A stretch of DNA of 64,000 nucleotides from a virus (taxonomy: Duplodnaviria > Caudoviricetes). Each line of letters starts with the position of its first letter. Position 1 is the stretch's first letter. The position numbers and the translations under genes were made by a program. The notes under the pieces are model-generated. The model was not told where the DNA came from. It made no database searches and was given only the letters and a program-made list of their open reading frames with translations. Below, one piece after another: positions 20,131-29,519 of this stretch. The stretch lies in the IMG/VR virus record IMGVR_UViG_2061766007_002263; one strand, given 5' to 3'.

Positions 20131-20391
20131 TCACGCTTTGTAGAATGATTTTGTGTAAATACCGTCAGACGACTTTGCAAATTCGTTGAATGGGTCTTTT
20201 GAATGATACCCGCAACGGTCAAGAAAGTTTTCTGCTTCGTTTTCATTTTTAAAGCCGCAGACAACAAACTGATTTTTAACATGGTCACTGGTAGTCAAAA
20301 TCACTTTATGTGTTTTCAACATTTCTTTACAGACCTTGTTAATTATTACAAGCCGATTTGTCTTTCCAAGTTTTCTTACTACTGAATCCAT
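20131..20391 (-). CDS. hypothetical protein, paralogue of 28300..28551
   Basis: shared GFKNxxEA...L.R.GY.SK.P..EF. Confidence 0.78.
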   Translation of the reverse strand: MDSVVRKLGKTNRLVIINKVCKEMLKTHKVILTTSDHVKNQFVVCGFKNENEAENFLDRCGYHSKDPFNEFAKSSDGIYTKSFYKA

Positions 20392-20575
20392 AAAAACCTC
20401 TTACGCCGCTATTGATTATAACCTTGCCGGAAAGTTATCCCGCTTTTATAAAAGAAATGCTATATATTATAATATAAGGAAATTCTCTAAGAAAAAACTC
20501 TAAAAAAGATAAAAAAAGGCGGCAAAAAAAATACTTGCCGCCTTTGGATTTTCACCTACTGATTATAAAGAAAAC

Positions 20576-21262
20576 TTATTTCTTATTTGACGCAAAAACG
20601 TCTCGGAAATCTGATTCTGTAAACAAGTGGTCTGCTTTCAATTCGTGGTTTGTAGCAAAGTCAACACCGTCAGTAGAAAAACTGTGGTTCAGTGCCGAAG
20701 GTTTCTTCGGATTAACTGTTGAAGTAGAATATAAATCGTCTTTTGTAGACGGTCTGGTATTATTGAAGATGTCGTCTTTTTCGCCCTTGTAGTTATCATT
20801 CGTAACTTCACCATAGCCCGTACCGGGTCTGTGAACATGAACTGACCACTGTGTAAAATCACCTACAAGTTTCTTTCCGAAATCATAAAGCTCGTCAAAG
20901 TCTACTTCCTCAACTTCACCGTCTTTAATCTTCATGGGGAACACCATAAATGATTTTTCGCTCTCACCCTCAAATACGCCCCAAACTTTCTTGAAACTGA
21001 AACCGCTTTTTTCAAGTTCCTTTTTAAGTTCGTTTGTGCGTTGTCCGTTGTCCAAGCCTTTTCCGTCACCATGAATAACATCCGACGAATTGATGTACTG
21101 GTCCGTAAGATAATGAACAGGCTCACCGTTTTCGTCAACGATTGTATTACCACTACCATCTTCCAGTGTTTCTGTAGTAGAAATACTAGCAGAAATAATA
21201 ATGTAGCCTATTTTATCCCATCTGTCAAGGTCTTTTTTAATGTTTTCTGTAAGTCTAATCAT
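20576..21262 (-). CDS. putative SAM-lyase-like (DUF3293-related) protein
   Basis: GYIIISA...NxxRxxELxxxLxxxG...GVF..E.EKSFMV...FTQWSV pattern recalled from phage SAM lyases; not searched. Confidence 0.45.
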   Translation of the reverse strand: MIRLTENIKKDLDRWDKIGYIIISASISTTETLEDGSGNTIVDENGEPVHYLTDQYINSSDVIHGDGKGLDNGQRTNELKKELEKSGFSFKKVWGVFEGESEKSFMVFPMKIKDGEVEEVDFDELYDFGKKLVGDFTQWSVHVHRPGTGYGEVTNDNYKGEKDDIFNNTRPSTKDDLYSTSTVNPKKPSALNHSFSTDGVDFATNHELKADHLFTESDFRDVFASNKK

Positions 21263-21276
21263 AAATAATTAGTTGA

Positions 21277-21374
21277 AGAAAAAAAATCCACACAAAAAAT
21301 GTGTGGATTTTTTGGAGACTCGCTACAACGATATGTAGATTTTATTGTTGCGGTGTTCCCTACACTGGACTTTG
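21277..21374 (-). ncRNA. candidate ~95-nt sRNA or attenuated leader
   Basis: motif 21381 followed by ORF-less sequence with an imperfect stem and terminator 21281-21313. Confidence 0.35.
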
Positions 21375-21399
21375 ATTTTATTATAGTCTTTGTTAAATG

Positions 21400-21741
21400 T
21401 TATCCTTGATTATGGTTTTTAATTCTATTCTCTCGCCATTTCCTAAAAGTCATAGGTTCTGGCTCTGATTCGGTTTTCAGCTCATCCAAAAGAACTACTG
21501 TTATGTTCTTTTCAAAAGACGGAATATCCTTAACGTCCAACTTCCCAAGAATCTCCACCATTTCATTATTCAAGACCTTAAAGTTTTTTTCGTAATTCTC
21601 GCGGCTCTCATAATCCTTTACGAAAGAATAACTGCGTTTCATTACGAAAAATGAACATTTTTTAAGTTTACCTACATGGAGACCTTCAAACTCCAAACTT
21701 TTGCCATTACATAAGGTAAAGTTTTCCGCTACTCTAAACAT
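21400..21741 (-). CDS. hypothetical protein
   Basis: RBS GAGGAG; Gly-stop inside motif 21381. Confidence 0.75.
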   Translation of the reverse strand: MFRVAENFTLCNGKSLEFEGLHVGKLKKCSFFVMKRSYSFVKDYESRENYEKNFKVLNNEMVEILGKLDVKDIPSFEKNITVVLLDELKTESEPEPMTFRKWRENRIKNHNQG

Positions 21742-21834
21742 ACTCTTGTTTCTCCTCTTTTAGCACTTTGTTTTCAAGGTAGCAATTTAAGGAACTAAAT
21801 CACCTTGTTTTGCTTTTTAGATATTAACATAAAA

Positions 21835-23318
21835 TGAAACTTCGTAAGATTCCACCTTTTAAGGTGGACATTTAGAAGTCTCTATAATCTTTTTAGTTCA
21901 AGCATACTAATTATTTATATATTAACATAGCATTAAGCATAGCAAGTTTATGTTAGAGTTCTTTAGTTTCAACTAAATAATTACATAAAAAATGAAAACT
22001 TTAGAAGAAAGACAGAAAATTAAAAATTCTCTAATTGAAACTCGTGAAAGACGGAAAAATCAGTCTATTAAAGTTATTGAGTTGAAGGTGAATTGTCACC
22101 AAACTTCTAAAGAAACTTTCAAAAAAATGAATTTTGTATTTACACAAGCAAAATGGATTGTAAATGAAATGATTCGTTTAGGTGAAACTCAAAATTTTTT
22201 TGATTATAATTATCTTGAACATAAAGAAGTAATTCATTTAGACAAAGACGGCAATGAAATTAAATCTAAAATTGAATTACCGTCTATTTTGCATAGAGGT
22301 ATTGTTAATCAGAAAAAACAAGATGTTGTGAATGAATCTAAAGCTAAGAAAAAAGGAAGAAAAGTTGGAAAACTAAAATATAAGTCTGAAATCAACTCAA
22401 TAAACATTCTTACTGGACCTTGGCTTAAAATCCGTGATAATTCTCATATCACAATCCCTGGATTTGTAAATTTAAAAGTCTATGGTTTAAACCAACTCAA
22501 AAAATATAAAGAATATGAACTGGCAAATGCGAAATTCATAAGAAAGCCGAGTGGGTTTTATATTCATGTTTCAGTTTGTGTACCAAAAATAAATAGTGTT
22601 CCAAAAAAGAACCACAAAGAAGTTGGTCTTGATTTTGGAATTAAAGATAATATCATAACTTCTGATGGAGAAAAGTTTAATTGTAAAGTGCCAGAAAGTG
22701 ACTACTTGAAGTTTCTTCAAAAACAATCGAAAAGAAAACAGAAAGGGTCAAAGCATTATTACAAATTACGGAATCAAATTCAGAAAGAATATGAGCATTT
22801 ATCTAATAAAAAATCCGACGAAGCTAATAAGCTGATTTCTTATTTTTTGAAAAACTATGACATTATTTATTTCCAGGACAAAAGCATTTCAGAATGGAAA
22901 AAGAAAAAAAGAAGTAAGAAAACCGGCAAAAAAGTAAATTGTTTTTCTTTTGGAAAACAAGTTCAGTCTTCTTATTTAGGAAGAGTAAAGGCAAAATTAG
23001 TTTCGTTAGAAAACGAGAAGTCTTTTAAAATTTCTAAATGGATTCCAACTACAAAGTTTTGTCCGAATTGTGGATGCTTGAATAAGATTGGATTAGAAGA
23101 AAGGACTTATCGTTGTGACTGTGGATATTTTTTTGACAGGGATATTCACGCAGCAAAAAATGTAAAATTGTTTGGCTCGACAAAAAGAGCTGAGTGCTTG
23201 GAACAAGCCTCCGTGGAGACATTAGCCTCTGCTTTATCAGAACTATATTCTGATACAGTAAGCTAAGTCGTAGAAGCGAAAATTGAAGCTTCCAGCCTTT
23301 AGGCTGGCAGTAGTTCAC
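21835..23318 (+). mobile_element. IS200/IS605-family (IS1341-like, tnpB-only) element; left boundary approximate
   Basis: left hairpin TCCACCTTTTAAGGTGGA; right end GAAGCTTCCAGCCTTTAGGCTGGCAGTAGTTCAC; no tnpA. Confidence 0.8.
21992..23266 (+). CDS. tnpB: TnpB RNA-guided nuclease family protein
   Basis: RuvC-I GLDFGIK, zinc finger CPNCG/CDCG, RuvC-III DRDIHAAKN; RuvC-II reads YFQD. Confidence 0.92.
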   Translation: MKTLEERQKIKNSLIETRERRKNQSIKVIELKVNCHQTSKETFKKMNFVFTQAKWIVNEMIRLGETQNFFDYNYLEHKEVIHLDKDGNEIKSKIELPSILHRGIVNQKKQDVVNESKAKKKGRKVGKLKYKSEINSINILTGPWLKIRDNSHITIPGFVNLKVYGLNQLKKYKEYELANAKFIRKPSGFYIHVSVCVPKINSVPKKNHKEVGLDFGIKDNIITSDGEKFNCKVPESDYLKFLQKQSKRKQKGSKHYYKLRNQIQKEYEHLSNKKSDEANKLISYFLKNYDIIYFQDKSISEWKKKKRSKKTGKKVNCFSFGKQVQSSYLGRVKAKLVSLENEKSFKISKWIPTTKFCPNCGCLNKIGLEERTYRCDCGYFFDRDIHAAKNVKLFGSTKRAECLEQASVETLASALSELYSDTVS

Positions 23319-23398
23319 GGCTTTCTGTTTCAAAAACCGCATTATTTTTAATTAACACAAAAACCCACGCATTTCTACGTGGGCAGATTTCTCAAATT

Positions 23399-23968
23399 TT
23401 AATCCGTTTTCTCTAAGGATTCCTCATACTCGTCAGGCGGAGTCTCACCATCCCAACCTTCCACAAGTTTTTTCAGTTTGTTGAAACAATCCTCGCAATA
23501 CTCATAGTACGAGTACCAATTAGCCAAATAATTGTTCTCGCCAAACGTTAGGTATTTGACCAGTTTCTCTTTAAACTCGTCAGACAGACCTTGTTCCTCG
23601 CACCAATCTTCCGGATAATGGATTGTTTCCACTTTCTCATTACATTCGTCGCATACTAACTCGTCAAAGCCCATTTCGCTTTCAAGGTCGTCCGCATACG
23701 AATCCCAGCTACTGCAAGTCGTAAGATTTCCATAGCCGTCAACCTCATAGTATGAATCACACATATCATTGATAATGTCACTGATACAGTGCGCAACGCC
23801 TTGCCAACCACAACTGTCAAGACGATTGCGAACGAAATCGTCTACCTGGTCGGTAGAGAGAAGGTCTTCAAAAAGTTCTTCATGTCCTTCTTCATTCGCA
23901 AGATTTATCAACGCCCCAAAATCATTTCTATTGTTTGCTTTCCAATCTTCCCATTGTTCTCTCGTCAT
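23399..23968 (-). CDS. acidic hypothetical protein, paralogue of 27768..28277
   Basis: shared MTRxxWxxWK, W.SYADD.E.E..FDE.VC..C. Confidence 0.83.
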   Translation of the reverse strand: MTREQWEDWKANNRNDFGALINLANEEGHEELFEDLLSTDQVDDFVRNRLDSCGWQGVAHCISDIINDMCDSYYEVDGYGNLTTCSSWDSYADDLESEMGFDELVCDECNEKVETIHYPEDWCEEQGLSDEFKEKLVKYLTFGENNYLANWYSYYEYCEDCFNKLKKLVEGWDGETPPDEYEESLEKTD

Positions 23969-24076
23969 TGTCTTGGTCTCCTTATACTAGAGTTATTATA
24001 GTCTTATAACTGTATTATCCTTACAAATAAAGAAAAGGCTCGCAAGGGATATTTACCCCTCACAAGCCGTATCAAT

Positions 24077-24862
24077 TTACCAAACCAAGCCTAAACTTTT
24101 GTAAGCGTCATTGACGTATACTTTAAGTTTCTCTTTTAATTCGTCCACTGTATCATAAGCGAACTCATTCAGATAAATAACATGATTTCCTATGTCAGAA
24201 CCGTCCGCCGAAACCATTCCGAGTTGTCTCGCCCATCCGCCTACCCTATCACGTCCATATCCCAAATCGTCATTAAGGTACGATTCCAGACGTGCAAGAT
24301 GCTTGCCGTTGTTCAAGTCATTCCTTGAATTGTCATTGTCATACAGTTTAAGGGCAACACCTATAAAAGCTGGTGTATTCTCATAGTAGTCCATGTCATA
24401 ATCGTTGAACTTATCCCAAAGCTTGTCATGCTTAGGGTCAAGGTCGTAGTGCAACCCTTCTTCAAAAAGTGAAGGTGTAGGGTCTTTTTCATATGGATTA
24501 TAATTGTTATACCAGTCTATGAACGCATCAAGGCTGTCAAACTCTGATTCCCATTCACTTCCTAAAATGTAGTCTTTGTAGAAACTGGAATAATCTGGTT
24601 CCATAAGGTTATCCAGAATTTTCTGCGCATTTTCAGCACGTTCCTTCTGTCCTTCAGAGCCTTCTTTTTTGAACGTAAGTTCGTTGTTCCTTACGTAATA
24701 GTATGCCTTTACGTCCACAAAGCCATCAGTAAAGTTTATGAAACCTTCATAGGATGAACCGTCAGAAACGTCCGTATTGTAACATAAGCCCTCGTCTCCG
24801 AACTTGTCATCACATTCCATAATTTCTTTGAGTTCGTCCATAACAGAATTGTCTTTAATCAT
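24077..24862 (-). CDS. acidic hypothetical protein
   Basis: 261 aa; motif 24891. Confidence 0.82.
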   Translation of the reverse strand: MIKDNSVMDELKEIMECDDKFGDEGLCYNTDVSDGSSYEGFINFTDGFVDVKAYYYVRNNELTFKKEGSEGQKERAENAQKILDNLMEPDYSSFYKDYILGSEWESEFDSLDAFIDWYNNYNPYEKDPTPSLFEEGLHYDLDPKHDKLWDKFNDYDMDYYENTPAFIGVALKLYDNDNSRNDLNNGKHLARLESYLNDDLGYGRDRVGGWARQLGMVSADGSDIGNHVIYLNEFAYDTVDELKEKLKVYVNDAYKSLGLVW

Positions 24863-24967
24863 TGCTCTTGGTCTCCTTACGTTTTTAGTATTATAGTGTT
24901 GCCGCTACGCTATCCCTTAAAACAAAAAACGGCCAGAACATTTCAGTCCTAACCGTCAACAACCGTT

Positions 24968-25213
24968 TTAGTACTCCAACTTTTTGCTACCAGTGATTTT
25001 CATGCGAACGAACGCTTTTTGAAAAAGGTTCATGTCCTTTCTATTCTGCAAGATATCAAGAAACAAATCTTTGTTATCTTGCATAGTTTTTTTAGAGCCA
25101 AGATGACATAAAAGAATTTCCTCTACGTCCGACCCGTCTGTTTCAGACCAGTCAACATCCCATTTCAATTGTTCAAGAGCGTCCTCAAATTTTTTCTGTA
25201 TTGCGTCTGTCAT
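24968..25213 (-). CDS. hypothetical protein
   Basis: ORF with RBS. Confidence 0.7.
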   Translation of the reverse strand: MTDAIQKKFEDALEQLKWDVDWSETDGSDVEEILLCHLGSKKTMQDNKDLFLDILQNRKDMNLFQKAFVRMKITGSKKLEY

Positions 25214-25222
25214 ATTTTTCCT

Positions 25223-25804
25223 TTATGCAGTGAAACGTTTATAAGTTGTATCCGTCCAACTCTCACCAAGAACGGCATTTCTTATCATATCCCAACCAGT
25301 CGTTCCTATCATGTTGATTGTTTTATCCAGATAGAAACCCCTTAAATTGTCAAAAGTATTCAACAAAGTAGCTATGGAGTTAAGACATTCCTTGACTTTA
25401 GAGCCTTTCAAAGAGCGGCAGTTCTCGATAATTTCGCTTCCAAAATCGGCTACGAGACCTTCCATAATTATGTCAGACGGCAAAATATCAGAAGCGTCTT
25501 GAATACCAGTAGTCTGCATGATACTGGCTTTAACAGATTCACATAAGTCGATAGGAACAAAGAATAATGTTACCCCTATTTTTCCTCTGAAAGAATCGTC
25601 AGCGACCATTTCTTCCAAATCCTCAACACGAATAACATATTTATAACGGAAGTTCAAGCCTTCCTCGTTATGATTGTATGTCTTTTTTGAAACATAATAG
25701 GAAACATAGTCGTCATACGAAACTGTGTCCTCATCAAAACACTTGTTTACGGATTCGGCTTTGTTTACCGTTCCAGTTACACCATTAAAACACACTGTTC
25801 TCAT
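25223..25804 (-). CDS. hypothetical protein, paralogue of 15158..15736
   Basis: see paralogue; motif 25833. Confidence 0.83.
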   Translation of the reverse strand: MRTVCFNGVTGTVNKAESVNKCFDEDTVSYDDYVSYYVSKKTYNHNEEGLNFRYKYVIRVEDLEEMVADDSFRGKIGVTLFFVPIDLCESVKASIMQTTGIQDASDILPSDIIMEGLVADFGSEIIENCRSLKGSKVKECLNSIATLLNTFDNLRGFYLDKTINMIGTTGWDMIRNAVLGESWTDTTYKRFTA

Positions 25805-25868
25805 TGTTTTAGTCTCCCAGACATAAGCTATTTTACACTCTTTCTGGGGAATTATCCCCCAAAAAGAG

Positions 25869-26249
25869 TTATTCTTGCTTCATAAAGTCAAGTCCGTCTT
25901 TTACCCATAGACGAAGCTCATCAAGCTCACCAGTCAGCTCAAATGTATCGGAACGTCCGTTGCCGTCATAGTCATAAGGTTCTGAAACGTCAAGATAGAA
26001 TTTTCCGTCATCGGTAACGCTCAGAGTAACGTCCCAATAACCGTCACAACTGTCCATGTCGTTATAAAGACTTTCAAGGGAATCATACATTCCGAGATTC
26101 ACAAACAAATCGTCATAGACTTCAAGAGAAAAGTTGTATCCCTTGCCGAACTCATGCCCTTCTGGAAGGGGCAGGATTTCCCTTTCATCATAATCATAGA
26201 AATTTTCTTCCACAAAACCTTTTTTAATTTTTATTGTCTTGATGTCCAT
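25869..26249 (-). CDS. acidic hypothetical protein
   Basis: RBS; motif 26275. Confidence 0.78.
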   Translation of the reverse strand: MDIKTIKIKKGFVEENFYDYDEREILPLPEGHEFGKGYNFSLEVYDDLFVNLGMYDSLESLYNDMDSCDGYWDVTLSVTDDGKFYLDVSEPYDYDGNGRSDTFELTGELDELRLWVKDGLDFMKQE

Positions 26250-26345
26250 TGTTATCTCCTTTATAGATATTTGATTATACTCATACAGACTATCTATCCC
26301 TTAAAGAAAAAGCCTTTCCGTATAGAAAAGGCTTGCCTTAGTTTT

Positions 26346-26561
26346 TTATCGGTGTTCCGTTCCAAAGTTCTTTTTATGCCATCTTGTGAACGTATCTACT
26401 TTGCAAGGATTGTCCCAGTTTTCACGCTGTTTTGAGGTAATGAGATTATCTCTCGCCAGACCGTCTGTAAAAAAACTCCATGCCAACTGCATTTCATAAT
26501 AGTCATTAAAACCATTGTCAGAGTTTTCTATAAAACATCTCAAAGCGTCTGATTTTTTCAT
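26346..26561 (-). CDS. hypothetical protein
   Basis: RBS; motif 26592. Confidence 0.75.
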   Translation of the reverse strand: MKKSDALRCFIENSDNGFNDYYEMQLAWSFFTDGLARDNLITSKQRENWDNPCKVDTFTRWHKKNFGTEHR

Positions 26562-26610
26562 TATTCTCTTAATCTCCTTACAATTATTGTATTATAGTGT
26601 TACGAGTTTA

Positions 26611-27294
26611 CTATCCTTTAATAGTATTACCGTATACTTTAGACCAATACTGACCCTTATGTTCTCCGTTTATAATCCGTGCCTTGTTATCGGTATCTAC
26701 GAACATTATACCGAGTTTTTCCAGTTCGCCCCGCAAGTCTTTTGTTACAATGTTTGACGGCAGAATCACGTTTGAATTAAGCAAGCCTTTTATGTGCTTT
26801 GCAACCTCGTCTGTCGGAACAATACGCAACGGCTTATCCCATCTGGTAAGATAGACCAGACGTGTACCTGACATCTTGCCACGTACCAGACCTGCTTTCC
26901 ATTTATGAACACCCACGGAATCTTTAGCCAAATATGCTTTATATGGATTGTCGGAGTTTAACTCTGACTTAGGAATCGCAACTTCCATGATTGCCAGGCT
27001 ATTTCTGTCCTGTGCCGAAGAAAACTGGTCGTTAAGCATTACATTTGAACTGTGGATGTACGGATTATAACGTGCTTTTATCTTTGTTCCGTTGCCTTTG
27101 TCAAGAACGAAATATCCTTTATTGTCCACTAAATCTGGTCGCTCAATGGCTTGTTCCCATTCATTGAAAATGATAGGATTACGCAATTTGCCATTTACCT
27201 TTGCAGACACGGCAGGGTATGGATTTCCGTCTATCATCTGGACTGCTCTGTAAGCAAGAATTGTTTCTTCGCTATCTAAATCAATCATGTTCAT
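26611..27294 (-). CDS. hypothetical protein, possible ADP-ribosyltransferase-like fold
   Basis: start moved downstream of motif 27305; AYRA...YIHSS...MEVAIP pattern; function is inference. Confidence 0.7.
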   Translation of the reverse strand: MNMIDLDSEETILAYRAVQMIDGNPYPAVSAKVNGKLRNPIIFNEWEQAIERPDLVDNKGYFVLDKGNGTKIKARYNPYIHSSNVMLNDQFSSAQDRNSLAIMEVAIPKSELNSDNPYKAYLAKDSVGVHKWKAGLVRGKMSGTRLVYLTRWDKPLRIVPTDEVAKHIKGLLNSNVILPSNIVTKDLRGELEKLGIMFVDTDNKARIINGEHKGQYWSKVYGNTIKG

Positions 27295-27340
27295 AACAAG
27301 ATTATTATAGTGTTGTAAATGTTTTATCCCTAAGAAACTC

Positions 27341-27625
27341 TTACTGCGCAAAGAAAAACTCATTGTTTTTCTCACACAGCCTTATTTTATTGTCAGAAAG
27401 AATATTTATAGTGCCATGCGTAAGCAGAATAAAACCCTCAACAATTGTCTTCAGGTTTTTGAAATGAAGTCCGAATACCTTATAAAAAAGTTTATGAAAC
27501 TTTCTGGGACTACGCAATAAATCCCATTCGTCAAAAGTGAGCTGTTCCAACGTATTATTCGATTCATCCAGACCAAAAAAATCTATTTTACCTGAATAAT
27601 TCAACCATGCTATTTTCCTCAGCAT
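27341..27625 (-). CDS. hypothetical protein
   Basis: RBS; motif 27678. Confidence 0.65.
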   Translation of the reverse strand: MLRKIAWLNYSGKIDFFGLDESNNTLEQLTFDEWDLLRSPRKFHKLFYKVFGLHFKNLKTIVEGFILLTHGTINILSDNKIRLCEKNNEFFFAQ

Positions 27626-27767
27626 AAAGAAAACCCCCTCTTAAAAAAATATCAGACCTCCGATTATAATTCATAGATTATATTCTTTAAGGGGGTTTAT
27701 CCTTCAAAAGGAGAGAAAAAACACGGACTGGTTTGTTTAACATGGAGCAGCGTTCAAGAAAAAAATG

Positions 27768-28277
27768 TCAGTCAATGAGACCAACTTCGTCCTTTACAAA
27801 CTTGTCAAAACAATCTTTGCAGAACGTAGTGAACTCCACAAAATTTTCCTTACAATATTTGTTTACGGCTTTTGTTTTTTCTTTGGAGAATCCGAGTTCT
27901 TTGCACCATTCTTTTGGCAGCATAAAGTTTTCGTCACCATTGGCATTTCTGCCACAACCGTCACATACTATCTCGTCAAAGTCAATTTCGTTCTCGAAAT
28001 CGTCTGCATATGACTCCCAAGATTCGCAAGGACAAAGACAATCGGAACTGTCCAACTCAAAGTATTTGTCATTGGGACGATTTTTGATTTTATCCAGCAT
28101 CTCCAGTGTGGAACCCCAGCCGGAACACTCTGTTCGTTCCACTACCAGTTGGTCAATTTTATCCGAACTTACGAAATTGTCCGTTATTCCTAAACGCAAA
28201 TCATAGTTAAGATTTACAAGAGCATCAAAATCGCCATAATTCCTTTCTTTCCACTCTTTCCATTCTTTACGTGTCAT
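27768..28277 (-). CDS. hypothetical protein, paralogue of 23399..23968
   Basis: see paralogue. Confidence 0.82.
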   Translation of the reverse strand: MTRKEWKEWKERNYGDFDALVNLNYDLRLGITDNFVSSDKIDQLVVERTECSGWGSTLEMLDKIKNRPNDKYFELDSSDCLCPCESWESYADDFENEIDFDEIVCDGCGRNANGDENFMLPKEWCKELGFSKEKTKAVNKYCKENFVEFTTFCKDCFDKFVKDEVGLID

Positions 28278-28299
28278 AGTAATCTCCTATTTGTATCCT

Positions 28300-28551
28300 T
28301 TAGAATGTCGTGTAATCATACATGACTTTTTGGATTATGGCATTAGATGAGTTTACAAATTCCTTTATAGGATTTTTAGAATCGTACCCCATTCTTCCAA
28401 GCCATTCTACCGCTTCTATTTTATTCTTGAATCCATTAAGGATTGACGTGTTGTTTATAAGATTGCTCGTGGCAAGAACGATATTGTATTTCTTGGAAAG
28501 TTTGTTTTGTGCTTTCCTGAGTTTATTGTATGATACTGCTATAGTTTTCAT
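28300..28551 (-). CDS. hypothetical protein, paralogue of 20131..20391
   Basis: motif 28582. Confidence 0.76.
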   Translation of the reverse strand: MKTIAVSYNKLRKAQNKLSKKYNIVLATSNLINNTSILNGFKNKIEAVEWLGRMGYDSKNPIKEFVNSSNAIIQKVMYDYTTF

Positions 28552-28816
28552 TTGAATCCACCTCTGTTTTCAGAGTATTTATTATAACTATAAGGGTACT
28601 TTATCCTTCAAAAATCTAGAAATTTTTATATATAAATTTAGAATTCAAATCGGAATTCAGACTTGATTAAATTTTTATAAAAAACAAATCAAAATTTCAT
28701 ATTCCTTCCTTCCCCTCATCATATGTATAACTGGAATTTTCAAAAAATTCACGATTTTTTAGAAAAACTTTTAAAAAATCTTACATTTTCCTAAAAAATC
28801 GTGACGATTGGAGAGA

Positions 28817-29476
28817 TTAGAGAAAAAGGTCTCTAGAATCGTTTCCAAATGTTACAAAAGTCAATTTCTTTTTACGTTTCTGATTTTTGAAATTGCATGA
28901 ATACTGTGCGCCAATGTCAGTTTGTCTGTGCTCAAAATTATCTATGTCAGAGAACTTGACAGTTTTGAAACCCGGAACCTTATGAATCAAATTCATAATT
29001 TTTTTGGATTTCGGCTTGAATTTGTACACATTTGTAGGTCGGCTTTCAAGCCGTGCGGCTTTTTTGGCAAGCATTTCATTGAAAAAATCAAGCGAATCTG
29101 TATAGACGTATTCATTGCGAAATTCATGTATACCATATTTTAATGGATAAAAAGTCCGTGTACGTTCAATTTTACCGTCTAGTTCATGCAGACCAAATAA
29201 GCTGGCAGGGATACAAGCAGGGTCATAATCAAGAGATTTTTCAGATATTGTGATTGAAGCACCTCTAAAGTTAAGCTCATCTTTAAAAATCCAATTTGTT
29301 GAAACCGCAAGCCTTGTAACTTTGTTGTTCTTATAATCAATGAAATCAGCGTGGTATAGTTCCAGAGACGGAAAGTTCAATGTTTCTCCTTCTTTTAAAA
29401 GCCTGGCTACCTGTTCTCCATAAAACTTTTTAATGTCGTCAAACGTAAAAATAGTTCTGTCTGTCTTATAGTCCAT
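28817..29476 (-). CDS. hypothetical protein, paralogue of 33630..34268
   Basis: shared YKFK...K...GFKTVK..DID. Confidence 0.8.
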   Translation of the reverse strand: MDYKTDRTIFTFDDIKKFYGEQVARLLKEGETLNFPSLELYHADFIDYKNNKVTRLAVSTNWIFKDELNFRGASITISEKSLDYDPACIPASLFGLHELDGKIERTRTFYPLKYGIHEFRNEYVYTDSLDFFNEMLAKKAARLESRPTNVYKFKPKSKKIMNLIHKVPGFKTVKFSDIDNFEHRQTDIGAQYSCNFKNQKRKKKLTFVTFGNDSRDLFL

Positions 29477-29519
29477 AATATGTTCTTTTCATAGCTTTGA
29501 TTATAGTGTTGGTTTAATG

